A stretch of 64,000 nucleotides of DNA from Myxococcota bacterium. GTDB lineage: Bacteria > Myxococcota_A > SURF-8. Made by a program: the position numbers and the translations under genes. Under the pieces are notes generated by a model. It was not told where the DNA came from, made no database searches, and saw only the letters and a list, made by a program, of their open reading frames with translations. The stretch lies in assembly GCA_963674735.2 (NCBI GenBank), contig CAXXQS010000002.1:1408001-1472000 (forward strand). Direction: 5' to 3'. How positions within the stretch are numbered: the first letter of the stretch is position 1; the number at the start of each line of letters is the position of its first letter. Positions 49,972 through 59,828 of this stretch are shown here, in pieces.

Positions 49972-52350
49972 CTAGAATAGCGGCAGATCGACGTAAAATC
50001 GGCAAAAACGGCCCGGCTCGCTTTCAACCAGGATCCGGCCATGATGGTCCTCGATGATGCCGTGGCTGACCGACAGGCCCAGGCCTGTCCCGATGTTGCG
50101 TGGTTTGGTGGTGAAAAACGGATCGAAAATGCGTTCCCGGATCTCGTCGGGGATCCCGGTGCCAAAGTCTTCCACCGACGTTCGCAACCACTTACCTTGT
50201 TCGTCCGAATAGACCCGTACTTGGATATTGATCTTTTTATCGGAATCGCTCTTTGGATAGCGCTCGTTCAGCGCGTCTCGCGCGTTGGCGATCAAATTCA
50301 TCAAAACCTGCATGACCTGCTGAGGACGACATTTCGCCAGCGGCAGATCCTCGGGAATGTCCAGACTCAGCATGACTTGATCCCGAAGCAGGATTTGTCC
50401 CATCAACTTTGAAATATCATTCAAAACCAAGCGGATGTCACCGGGACCGAGTGTTTCGGAATCCATGCGAGCGAACGCCAGCAGGCTTTTCACGATTTCC
50501 GCAATTCGGTCGCTTTCCGATAGGATATTTTCGGCGAATGCCGTCAGCTTTGAGTCGGTCGCCCAGTGGTCGCTGATCAATTGCGCGTAATTGATGATGA
50601 TGTTGATCGGGTTATTGATTTCATGGGCGACGCCGGAGGCCAGGGTACCGATGGCTTCCAACTTCTGTTGTTGGCGCAATTGCGCTTCCAATTCCATTTT
50701 ACGGGATTCGGTTTGTTTGGCTTCCGTCACATCATGTCCGACACCGATCAGGCTGTTGTCCGGCAATTGGAAATCGGCCCATAGTTGAATACGCTGCCGC
50801 CCATCTTTTGCAATGGGACGGCTTTCGCGGAACAGGCCGTCGTGTGTTTGCAAACCTTGTATCGTCTTTTCGTAAGCGGCCGGATCGGGGTAGCAGGCCT
50901 GTAGAATATTCGGATGGTGAATGGCTTCGTCGTAAGACCACCCGAGATCTTTTTCGGCTTGATGGTTCCAAAAGCGTAGTTTGCGGTCGGGACCGACACC
51001 GACGATCATAACCGGGGCGTTGGTGTAAATGGTCCGAAAGCGTTCCTCACTGCGGATCAGTTCTTGTCTATCATGATGGGTGGTGATTACTGCGGCGATT
51101 TGCGAGATAATGCCTTCCAGCAGGTTTTGCGTGAAAAGGCTGAACGACTTTTCCTGGTGGGAGGCCAGATTCAGAGACGCAACGACCTGCCCATCATGCT
51201 GGATGGGGATGGCGCAGAAAGATTCGATTCCTTCAAGGTCAGAGATGTCGTAAGTAAGTTGTTTGAGTGTCTCGGCATTGGCAAAGATCGGTTTTCCCGC
51301 GACGACAAGCATAGCTTGCGCCGTGCTTGAATCATAATAGGAAACCTCCTGCACGAATTCTTCTGCCAGCCCGGAGTGTGTCGCCAATGTCAGGTCGCCG
51401 GATTCATGATTGAGCAGATAGATGCCCCCGCTATCCATATCGGCGATACGGATTGCGGCTGTCAGACAGAGTTGTAGATCTTCCTTCAATCCGATCGGGG
51501 TGCTGAGCGCCAGTCCGAGATCTCGTTGGATACGAATGTTTCGTTCGGCATGCAATCGGACTCGGATCTCGTTTTCCAGTTCCACGTTTTTTTGTTGCAG
51601 TTCGGCCGTTCTCGCAGCAACGATTTTTTCCAGATCCTGCTGGTGTTTCCGGAGTTTGTCTTGAATCTGCTGTCGTTCGTCCGCTTTCTGGTGGAGCCTG
51701 TTGTTTGTTTCCACCAATTCTTGTTCGCGCTGTTTCAAAAGAGTGAGCGAGGTTTCGAGATGATTGTGCAGGGTTCCGAGAGCGACCACGCCGACCCCCC
51801 CCAGCACGACAAACAATGCCGCTCCGAGCCACCACGAGGTGGTATGGCTGGAATCGAGCCATATATGTGTTTCCGGTATGATGATACCGTTGGTTATCAG
51901 GATCCCGATGACGGCGAGGCCCAGAATGCCACCCGCAATCGTGATGAGTCCCATGCGCAGGTTAATCAAGACTGTCGACAAGACACTTAAGAGCAGCAGA
52001 AACCAGACCCCGGCTCCGCTGAGACCGAAACGTGCCAGAATGTGGATGGAAATACCGTAGATGACGATGAATCCGAGACAGCTACGAAAATTGAATGAGA
52101 CGTGGCGGCCCAGGACAAGTCCAATCGGGGCGATCAGATAAACGCCGATGTAAAAAGCGATCAGTCCCCAATTTTGTTGGGGCCACGCCTTCATAACACC
52201 GGCCATTGTGCTGAAAAACCCGAGGATGGTAAAGGTCAGAAAAACCCCGGATAGGATCCGATTGCGCAGATCCTCGATGGATTTTACGCTTGTCGTGATG
52301 TCGGAAACGGCCGTTTCGTCATTTTTCATTAATGACGGCTTATCATTCAT
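49972..52350 (-). CDS. Membrane sensor histidine kinase (multi-TM, GAF, PAS, HisKA, HATPase)
   Basis: About 6 TM segments, GAF-like region, PAS (FWNHQAE..GW), [32 protein letters not shown]. Confidence 0.92.
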   Translation of the reverse strand: MNDKPSLMKNDETAVSDITTSVKSIEDLRNRILSGVFLTFTILGFFSTMAGVMKAWPQQNWGLIAFYIGVYLIAPIGLVLGRHVSFNFRSCLGFIVIYGISIHILARFGLSGAGVWFLLLLSVLSTVLINLRMGLITIAGGILGLAVIGILITNGIIIPETHIWLDSSHTTSWWLGAALFVVLGGVGVVALGTLHNHLETSLTLLKQREQELVETNNRLHQKADERQQIQDKLRKHQQDLEKIVAARTAELQQKNVELENEIRVRLHAERNIRIQRDLGLALSTPIGLKEDLQLCLTAAIRIADMDSGGIYLLNHESGDLTLATHSGLAEEFVQEVSYYDSSTAQAMLVVAGKPIFANAETLKQLTYDISDLEGIESFCAIPIQHDGQVVASLNLASHQEKSFSLFTQNLLEGIISQIAAVITTHHDRQELIRSEERFRTIYTNAPVMIVGVGPDRKLRFWNHQAEKDLGWSYDEAIHHPNILQACYPDPAAYEKTIQGLQTHDGLFRESRPIAKDGRQRIQLWADFQLPDNSLIGVGHDVTEAKQTESRKMELEAQLRQQQKLEAIGTLASGVAHEINNPINIIINYAQLISDHWATDSKLTAFAENILSESDRIAEIVKSLLAFARMDSETLGPGDIRLVLNDISKLMGQILLRDQVMLSLDIPEDLPLAKCRPQQVMQVLMNLIANARDALNERYPKSDSDKKINIQVRVYSDEQGKWLRTSVEDFGTGIPDEIRERIFDPFFTTKPRNIGTGLGLSVSHGIIEDHHGRILVESEPGRFCRFYVDLPLF

Positions 52351-52583
52351 TGGGAGGTCTGCCTTGTTAACAGCGGATTGACGGCCTGGCTCTTTCGCTC
52401 AGCGTAATAGACATAATAGAATAATTCCAAATTATCAAGAATGTTTTGTTATCTTTCCTTAACATTCGTGTTTCCCAGGTGGTTTAAGCGGGTTGTGTTG
52501 CTTGAGGTTGCATAAACCACTCCGTTTCCTATATAATACGTATCAGGACGGCCATTTGATCCAATTCAACAAACGAGGACGCG

Positions 52584-53048
52584 GTGAAGGCAATTATCAT
52601 CCCCTATACCCCTAAAAAGTGGTTTCACGAAACCAAAGGTGGGGAAAAGGAAGGGGCGAAACTGATTCGTCGCCTACGAACCTACGTCGGAGATATCCCG
52701 GCGGGTGTGAAAATGTTTACCGATGGTCGGCCGGAGTCACGTAAGTTGGCGGATTCCATGGCCGCCGAGCTTTCGGGTGTCGAAAGTTTGCGTTTCGTCT
52801 GGTCTAATCGGCGGATGCCGTTGCAGGTTGCGCTGGGCCAGTTCGGGCAGGTGGTGCGAGCGATGACGATGATGAGAGCCTCGGGGATTATTTGTATTAT
52901 TCCGGCTGGAATCACTGCCAGCTATGTTGAATCGATTGCTGAATTAATGAGATTGAAAGTTCCGGACGATATTTTGCAGCGGGCGGATCGCTCGATTGTC
53001 TTCATGGATACCGCCGGTTCGGGTACCGTTCGGGGGATTGCTCCTTAA
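52584..53048 (+). CDS. Hypothetical protein, possibly a degenerate histidine-phosphatase fold
   Basis: GAGGA RBS before a GTG start and an upstream TATAAT. The pattern parallels SixA/PGM but lacks RHG. Confidence 0.6.
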   Translation: MKAIIIPYTPKKWFHETKGGEKEGAKLIRRLRTYVGDIPAGVKMFTDGRPESRKLADSMAAELSGVESLRFVWSNRRMPLQVALGQFGQVVRAMTMMRASGIICIIPAGITASYVESIAELMRLKVPDDILQRADRSIVFMDTAGSGTVRGIAP

Positions 53049-53185
53049 AGCCATTCTCAAGTACAAAGTGTTTCAACGTGAGTTCGTTCCCGCAAGGAAT
53101 TGTTGGTTTTCATATTTAAAGATGTGGAGAAAATGCCTTTGACAATCCGCCCGATTCCCTTCTTTACCCCCGCTTCGCCTTTACC

Positions 53186-53827
53186 ATGACATCCCGCATC
53201 CTGCTGTTGCGCCATGGCTGTACACCTCAAGGGCGTGAACATGTCTTCCGGGGCCTGACGGATGATCCGTTGGGTACTTTGGGGGTTCGGCAGGCTCGGG
53301 CGGTGGCCGAATGCCTGGAGCAGGCCCCGATTGCCCGCTTGGTTTCGTCGCCCTTGCGTCGTGCGCGTCAGACGATCGAACCGTTGGCGGAACGACTGGG
53401 ATGTCCGATCGAGATCGCCGAGGGGTTGAATGATATGGATTTCGGTGATTGGGAAGGGCGCAGTCTGGATGAGCTGGAGGAGTCCGACCCCGAGCGCTTG
53501 GCCTTGTGGCGCAGGGATCCGGAAATGGTGGAGATTCCGGGAGGTGAGCGGCTGACGCAGGTGGCCGCGCGTGTACGCGAGACCTGGCGCGGCCTGCTCG
53601 AAAAATCGCAAAATGGTGATTTGTTGATTTGTAGTCACCGGCTCATCTTGAAAATATTGATTCTCGATATTTTGCACAAGCCATTGAAAGAATTCCTATC
53701 GCTGCCCCTGGATCCGGCCAGCCTGAGCGTTGTTTCGCCATGCGATGGCGGCCTTTGTCTGGAGCGGCTTAATGATATCCGTCACCTGGCCGGCTTGCAG
53801 CCTGTGGGCTTGAGAACGGACCATTGA
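53186..53827 (+). CDS. Histidine phosphatase family protein (PGM/CobC-like)
   Basis: LLRHG, SSPLRRARQT, FGDWEG, PGGE, second His in CSH. Confidence 0.9.
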   Translation: MTSRILLLRHGCTPQGREHVFRGLTDDPLGTLGVRQARAVAECLEQAPIARLVSSPLRRARQTIEPLAERLGCPIEIAEGLNDMDFGDWEGRSLDELEESDPERLALWRRDPEMVEIPGGERLTQVAARVRETWRGLLEKSQNGDLLICSHRLILKILILDILHKPLKEFLSLPLDPASLSVVSPCDGGLCLERLNDIRHLAGLQPVGLRTDH

Positions 53828-53911
53828 CCGGCGATAGGGGGTGTGCTACAGATGGAATTCAAGAAGATCGCGAAGTCGGGTGACCTGTGTTCATGGCTGG
53901 AAGGAGGCCTC

Positions 53912-54280
53912 ATGTCGATGCCACGCGCATGTGTTGTGGGTTTGATGGCGGTGTTGGTGATCGTGGCTGTCGGGATTGTCGGCTGCGGCGGAAGCGGTCT
54001 GCCGGGTGAGTGCAACAAGCTTTGTAAAAAATCCGGCGAATGCAGTCAGCAGGAAAGCTGGCTTTTCTCGATCAGCGAGTGCAAGCGCGAATGTGGGGAA
54101 AGCTTCGAACGGATGCAGATCATCGGCTGCGACAAATTGACCGTCGACTATCAGAAGTGTGTTTTGGAAGTCGATTGCACGCTGTGGGACGACTTGAATG
54201 ATGCGTGCGAAAGTGAAATCGAGAATTTGACCGCCTGTATCCAGGACGAGGCCGAGGGCGCGACGCCGCTTTCTTTTTAG
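53912..54280 (+). CDS. Small Cys-rich lipoprotein
   Basis: AAGGAGG RBS, lipobox IVGC, CxxxC pairs. Confidence 0.75.
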   Translation: MSMPRACVVGLMAVLVIVAVGIVGCGGSGLPGECNKLCKKSGECSQQESWLFSISECKRECGESFERMQIIGCDKLTVDYQKCVLEVDCTLWDDLNDACESEIENLTACIQDEAEGATPLSF

Positions 54281-54327
54281 TCCGGCAGCATGACATTCTT
54301 CGGGAGCGTTCACGGAAGGAGGCTCGG

Positions 54328-54705
54328 ATGTATCGTGTCAGAAAGGAAGCGGACTTCGCCGCATCCCATCATCTACGCAATTATAACGGGAAATGCGAAA
54401 ACATTCATGGCCATAACTGGCGGGTGGTCGTCACCGCGGAAGGCCGGGATCTGAATGCCGGGGGGATGCTGATCGATTTCGGCGATCTGAAACGGACGCT
54501 GAAAGAGGTTCTGCAGCGTTTTGACCATACCGATCTCAATGTGGTTCCGCCTTTCGATGTGCAGGAACCCTCGGCCGAAAACATCGCCCGCAATGTTTGC
54601 GATGAAATGGCGAAACGGGTGGATCGCGAGGGGGTCCGAGTGGTTGAAGTCGAGGTATGGGAGACCACCACGTCCTGTGCAACCTATATCCGGGAAGCCG
54701 ACTGA
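54328..54705 (+). CDS. queD: 6-carboxytetrahydropterin synthase
   Basis: FAASHHL, CENIHGHNW, DFG, PSAENIA, WET. Confidence 0.93.
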   Translation: MYRVRKEADFAASHHLRNYNGKCENIHGHNWRVVVTAEGRDLNAGGMLIDFGDLKRTLKEVLQRFDHTDLNVVPPFDVQEPSAENIARNVCDEMAKRVDREGVRVVEVEVWETTTSCATYIREAD

Positions 54706-55760
54706 TGCTACCTCGGAAGCGCTGGTGTTGGATGGGCTTGGTTACATTGGGCGTTCCGGCGGCCTTGGTCGGAGCGGCTTGGTGGATGGTCGGTGGCTGG
54801 CCTGAACCGGAGTTGCAACAGGGAACCATCGAACGCGGTTCCTGGACGGGTGAGCGTCGTGGGGCTATCCCGCCGGTATTGAAGGTGTTTTCCTATAACA
54901 TGCATTTTGGTGTCGGTCGTGAGGATGACTTCGAGCAACGGCGCACGCGTGCCGAATTGGACCGCGTTTTGGAGGGCATCGCCGAGTTGATTCGTCGTTT
55001 GGACCCTGATGTCGTGTTGTTGCAAGAAGTCGATTTCGCCTCGGATCGTACCCAGCGCATCAACCAGATGCGTGTCCTGGCCGAAAAGGCCGGATTCCCG
55101 TATATGGCTCCCGTGGTGACCTGGGATAAAGGCTGGTTACCCTTTCCCAAGTGGCCGCCTTCGAAACATTACGGGCGTATGCTGTCGGGTCAGGCGGTAT
55201 TGTCCAGGTGGCCGATCGTTTTGAACGAACGGCTCCATTTGCCGAAGCCGCAGTCGTTTCCGTGGTGGTATCGCGCCTTTTACCTCAATCGCACCCTGCA
55301 GCATGTTCGTGTGAATCTCGCCGGGCGCAATCTGGACGTTTTCAACGTACACACCGAAGCCTACGATGTCCCAAACCGCCAGATCCATGCCGAGATGGTG
55401 CGTGATTGGGTGAGTCGTTGGCAGGGCAAGTGGAACGTATTGGCCGGTGATTTCAATGCTATACCCCCCGAGGCAAGCGTCAGGAAGGGATTTCCGGATG
55501 AGCCGGACTGCGACATGTCGCGTGATCGCAGCGTCGAAACTGTGCGCAAGCTGGGCTGGGCCGAGATCATTCCGCCGACTCGCTATCGTTCCGATGAAGC
55601 GGCCGCTCTGACTTTTCCCGCCGATCGCCCCAACCGCAGGCTCGATTATCTCTATGTTTCACCCGGTTTCACCATTCAATCCGGGCGGATTGTCCATGAA
55701 GCCGAAACACTGTCGGATCACCTCCCCACTTTCGTGGAAGCCGGCTGGCCTGTCCCATAA
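54705..55760 (+). CDS. Endonuclease/exonuclease/phosphatase family protein with N-terminal anchor
   Basis: SYN, LQEVD, GDFN, RLDY, SDH. The ATG overlaps the queD stop. Confidence 0.88.
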   Translation: MLPRKRWCWMGLVTLGVPAALVGAAWWMVGGWPEPELQQGTIERGSWTGERRGAIPPVLKVFSYNMHFGVGREDDFEQRRTRAELDRVLEGIAELIRRLDPDVVLLQEVDFASDRTQRINQMRVLAEKAGFPYMAPVVTWDKGWLPFPKWPPSKHYGRMLSGQAVLSRWPIVLNERLHLPKPQSFPWWYRAFYLNRTLQHVRVNLAGRNLDVFNVHTEAYDVPNRQIHAEMVRDWVSRWQGKWNVLAGDFNAIPPEASVRKGFPDEPDCDMSRDRSVETVRKLGWAEIIPPTRYRSDEAAALTFPADRPNRRLDYLYVSPGFTIQSGRIVHEAETLSDHLPTFVEAGWPVP

Positions 55761-55859
55761 CCGCTGGGAATTTGCCGAATTTTTCAAGCTATGCTACTAT
55801 CCGAGGACGTCTGAAAAGGGCATGTAACCGGCCAACCACCATTAATCAGGGCGGATAAA

Positions 55860-57560
55860 ATGGAGACGGCTCCCGAGACCCTGCAATGGGAAAACAAACA
55901 GAAACGGCTTTTAGCATTGATTCTGTTTCGGATTCTCACCATTACGGTGTTGCTGGGTTCGTCCGTCATCATCAATATCAAAACCGACCAACCCTGGACG
56001 CGTGTTCAGTACATCATTTTCTATTCCATCGGCGTCACCTATCTGCTTTCCATTTTTTACCTGCTGGCCGCCAAATATACGCGAAACTATGTTTTCCAAT
56101 CGGTAACTCAACTTGTGGGCGACCTGATCTTCTGGTCCAGTCTTGTTTACCTAACCGGTGGATTACACAGCCCATTCACGTTTCTTTACACCCTGACCAT
56201 CATCCATGGGTCGATCTTGCTGCGCAAGTTCGGTGCGCTGTTGACCTCGTCATTGGCGACTGTTTTTCTGATTCTCGTCATCTGGATGGAATCCAATCAG
56301 ATTTTCCATCAGTCGTTGGGGCTGCAAGCCTCCTTTTATCATTTCTGGGAATTCGATGAAGTTTACCACTTCTTTCTGAATTTCTGCATGTTGATCCTGA
56401 CGGCCTTGCTTGCCAGTTATCTGGCCGAGCAGTTGGCGGCGCGCGAAGAAGTGCTGACGCGCCAGACGATGAGTCTGGAGATGCAGCGCATGCTCAACCG
56501 TTCCATCGTGCGCGGTATTTCATCGGGTTTCATTATGACCGATCTGCGCGGACGCGTGACGTTCATCAACGATGCGGCGGAAAACCTGATTGAAACCACC
56601 CGGCGCGATTGTCAGGAAAAACCGGTGGTGGATATTCTGCCGGAATTGGAAAGCGGCCTTTCACGCGAGTTAAATGGCGACGAATGGGGTCGTCGCATGG
56701 AGATTACCCGGCGGGAAAATTCCGGGCAGATGCAATGGGTGACCGCCCAGTTTTCAGATTTGCTCGGGGCGCGCCAGGAACGGGTGGGTATCCTGATTCA
56801 GTTGGAGAACATCACCGAGCGGCGCAAGCTGGAGGAGAAAGTTTTCCGCAGTGAGAAACTGGCGGCTATCGGTGAGCTGGCCGCCGGTATCGCGCACGAA
56901 ATCCGCAATCCCCTGACCTCGATTTCCGGTTCGATTCAGATGCTATCGGCCGATTTGTCCGAAGGCAGCGATAACCAGAAACTCATGGAAATCATTCTGC
57001 GTGAAACCGACCGCCTGAATCTGTTGATCGATGATTTCCTCTCCTACGCGCGGCCGAAATCGATGACGACCGATGTGGTGTATCTGCAAGAAATCCTGGA
57101 AGATATCACCCATCTGGTCGAGCAGACGACGGGTGGAAGACGGGTTCATTTACGGACGGAATACGAAGAGCATTTGCCCGAATTGTATGCCGACTCCAAC
57201 CAGATTCGTCAGGTGTTATGGAATGTCATCAAAAATTCGGTCGAGTCCTTGCCGGACAATCGTCCGGGTGTGGTTTGGGTGACGATCGGCCGAGCCGAAG
57301 CGTCCGATCACAGGATTCGTTTCGTGATTCGCGACAACGGGCGTGGGATGTCGCGCGAGGTTAAAGACCGGGTTTTCGATCCTTTCTACACAACCAAGCA
57401 AGGAGGAACGGGCTTGGGCATGGCGATTGTGTACCAGATTATCCATGCCCATGGCGGAACGGTTGAAGTGGAATCCGAATCCGGTGTCGGGACGACCTTC
57501 ACGATCGTTTTACCCTGCAGAAGTGAAGAAGAACTGAGCCGAGTGGCGGCGGGAGGATAA
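55860..57560 (+). CDS. pilS: PilS-like sensor histidine kinase
   Basis: 6-TM input domain (TGGxxSPFxFLY), PAS, AHEIRNPL, DPFYTTK; paired with a sigma54 response regulator next to pilD. Confidence 0.8.
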   Translation: METAPETLQWENKQKRLLALILFRILTITVLLGSSVIINIKTDQPWTRVQYIIFYSIGVTYLLSIFYLLAAKYTRNYVFQSVTQLVGDLIFWSSLVYLTGGLHSPFTFLYTLTIIHGSILLRKFGALLTSSLATVFLILVIWMESNQIFHQSLGLQASFYHFWEFDEVYHFFLNFCMLILTALLASYLAEQLAAREEVLTRQTMSLEMQRMLNRSIVRGISSGFIMTDLRGRVTFINDAAENLIETTRRDCQEKPVVDILPELESGLSRELNGDEWGRRMEITRRENSGQMQWVTAQFSDLLGARQERVGILIQLENITERRKLEEKVFRSEKLAAIGELAAGIAHEIRNPLTSISGSIQMLSADLSEGSDNQKLMEIILRETDRLNLLIDDFLSYARPKSMTTDVVYLQEILEDITHLVEQTTGGRRVHLRTEYEEHLPELYADSNQIRQVLWNVIKNSVESLPDNRPGVVWVTIGRAEASDHRIRFVIRDNGRGMSREVKDRVFDPFYTTKQGGTGLGMAIVYQIIHAHGGTVEVESESGVGTTFTIVLPCRSEEELSRVAAGG

Positions 57561-57564
57561 AACG

Positions 57565-58968
57565 GTGACTCATCGCATTCTGGTGGTCGATGATGAACAG
57601 AGTATGCGGGATTTCCTGTCGATCTTCCTCAAAAAGGAAGGTTTCGAAGTGGAAACCGCCGCCGATGGCGAAAAAGCTCTCGAAGTCGTCGCCCGGACGC
57701 CGATCGACCTGATCATTTCCGATGTCCGTATGTCGGCCATGGATGGCATGCGCCTTTTAAGGGAGGTGAAACGCCGGGAAGCCTCCATCGAAGTGATCGT
57801 GATGACGGCTTATGGTTCGACCGCCGATGCCATCAAGGCCATGCGCGATGGTGCGTACGATTACATTTCCAAGCCGTTCAAATTGAACGAAGTCAAGGTA
57901 ACCATTCAGAAAGCCCTGAAAAAACGGGAGCTTGCAAAAACCGCTCCGGAGCCGGAAGTCGCGTCGCCACCCAAGAAGCAGGAACATAACATTGTCGGCA
58001 AGTCGGCGGCGATGCAAAAGGTTTTCGAGATGATCAACCGCGTGGCGGATACCAAAACCACGATTTTGATCACGGGTGAGAGCGGCACGGGAAAAGAGCT
58101 GGTGGCGCGCGCGATTCACGACGGGTCGGTGCGAGCCGGGAAAGCGTTTGTGACGATCAACTGCGGCGCGATTCCCTCCGAGTTGATGGAGTCGGAGCTG
58201 TTCGGTCATCTGCGCGGCTCGTTTACGGGTGCGGTGCGCGATAAAGACGGTTTGTTCAAGGTGGCGGATGGCGGGACTTTGTTTTTGGACGAAGTCTCCG
58301 AGCTGCCGCTTCAATTGCAGGTCAAACTGCTGCGTGCGCTGCAGGAACGCCGTGTCACACCGGTGGGAGGCAGCGACGAAATCCCGATCGATACGCGCGT
58401 CATCGCGGCCACCAATCGCGATCTGCTCGAAGACGTGCGCTTTGGCCGATTCCGGGAGGATCTCTACTATCGGTTGAATGTCATTCAAGTTCGCCTGCCG
58501 CCTCTGCGTGAACGCACCGAGGATATTCCGCTTTTAGTGGAGCATTTCATCAAGCGTGCCTGTTTGGAGATGAGTCGGGAGCCCATGCGTATCTCCGAGG
58601 CGGCCATGATGATCCTGACGAGCCATCCGTATCCGGGAAACGTGCGCGAATTGTCCAATCTTCTGGAGCGGGCGGTGGCGCTTGAGAATTCCGACCAGGT
58701 TCGGCCGCAAAGCCTGCCTTCCCATCTGCTGGAGCGTCATGAAGAATCTCCGGTGAAGCATGAATACGATCCGCTCAAAATCGATTTATCTCGCGGGACC
58801 AATCTCGATGCGGTGCTGGAGCAGGTTGAATACCACTTGCTGCGGGATGCGCTCGATCAGGCCGCAGGGGTGAAAACCGAGGCGGCGAAGATTCTGGGTA
58901 TCACGTTCCGCTCGTTACGCTACCGACTCAAGAAGCATAAACTCGACGATGAAAGGGAAAATTCGTGA
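57565..58968 (+). CDS. pilR: Sigma54-dependent response regulator, PilR-like
   Basis: Receiver domain, GESGTGKE, GSFTGA, FLDE, FREDLYYRL, HTH with GITFRSLRYRL. Confidence 0.85.
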   Translation: MTHRILVVDDEQSMRDFLSIFLKKEGFEVETAADGEKALEVVARTPIDLIISDVRMSAMDGMRLLREVKRREASIEVIVMTAYGSTADAIKAMRDGAYDYISKPFKLNEVKVTIQKALKKRELAKTAPEPEVASPPKKQEHNIVGKSAAMQKVFEMINRVADTKTTILITGESGTGKELVARAIHDGSVRAGKAFVTINCGAIPSELMESELFGHLRGSFTGAVRDKDGLFKVADGGTLFLDEVSELPLQLQVKLLRALQERRVTPVGGSDEIPIDTRVIAATNRDLLEDVRFGRFREDLYYRLNVIQVRLPPLRERTEDIPLLVEHFIKRACLEMSREPMRISEAAMMILTSHPYPGNVRELSNLLERAVALENSDQVRPQSLPSHLLERHEESPVKHEYDPLKIDLSRGTNLDAVLEQVEYHLLRDALDQAAGVKTEAAKILGITFRSLRYRLKKHKLDDERENS

Positions 58969-59819
58969 TGAGCGATCCGTGGGTGCTGACACAGGTGATT
59001 TTCGTCTTCCTTTTCGGGATTTCCATCGGGAGTTTTCTCAATGTCGTGATCTTTCGCGTACCGGCCGGGAAATCGATCGTCCGCCCGCCGTCCCACTGCC
59101 CGGCTTGCGGCTATCAATTGCGCTGGTATGACAACATCCCGCTTGTCAGCTACCTGATGCTGGGCGGCAAATGCCGGGGCTGCAAAGCGGGCATCTCCAT
59201 CCAGTATCCCCTGGTGGAACTGGTCACCGGCGCATTGGCGATCGCCTGCTGGTCGATGTTCGGATTGGGATGGGCCCTGGTGTTCTATTTCGCCTTTTGC
59301 GCGGCGCTGCTGGTCGTGAGCTTCATCGATATCCCCTATCAGATCATCCCCAACGAAATCTCCCTGCCCGGTATTGCGGTGGGCATTCTGGCCAGCTTTG
59401 TAACGGGCAAAGTGACGTGGTTCGATTCGATCATCGGGGCGTTGATCGGGTTCAGCCTGATCGCCTTGATCGCCTTCGGCTATTACTTCCTGACCAAGCG
59501 CGAAGGCATGGGGATGGGCGATGCCAAGCTGTTGGCCATGATCGCCGCGTTTTTGGGTTGGCAAAGTATTCCTTTCGTGCTGCTGGCGGCTTCCCTGCAG
59601 GGGTTGGCGGTGGCCTTGATCGGGATCGGATCCGGCTATATCAAAAAAGCTCCGCCGTTGCCGGACCCGGAGGATTGGGAGGGCGATACGCCGCCCGAGG
59701 AAACCGAAGACGTGCCGTTGCGTTTGGCGGCGATTCCATTCGGCCCGTTTTTATCGCTGGCGGCGCTGGAGTTTTTGTTCTTCGGCTCGGTTTATATGGA
59801 CATGCTGGCGGGCCTGTGA
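58968..59819 (+). CDS. pilD: Prepilin peptidase/N-methyltransferase
   Basis: GSFLNVVI.R, S.CP.C, WYDNIP, CRGC..IS..YP, GMG.GD.KL, PFGPFL. Confidence 0.95.
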   Translation: MSDPWVLTQVIFVFLFGISIGSFLNVVIFRVPAGKSIVRPPSHCPACGYQLRWYDNIPLVSYLMLGGKCRGCKAGISIQYPLVELVTGALAIACWSMFGLGWALVFYFAFCAALLVVSFIDIPYQIIPNEISLPGIAVGILASFVTGKVTWFDSIIGALIGFSLIALIAFGYYFLTKREGMGMGDAKLLAMIAAFLGWQSIPFVLLAASLQGLAVALIGIGSGYIKKAPPLPDPEDWEGDTPPEETEDVPLRLAAIPFGPFLSLAALEFLFFGSVYMDMLAGL

Positions 59820-59828
59820 GGCTGAACC

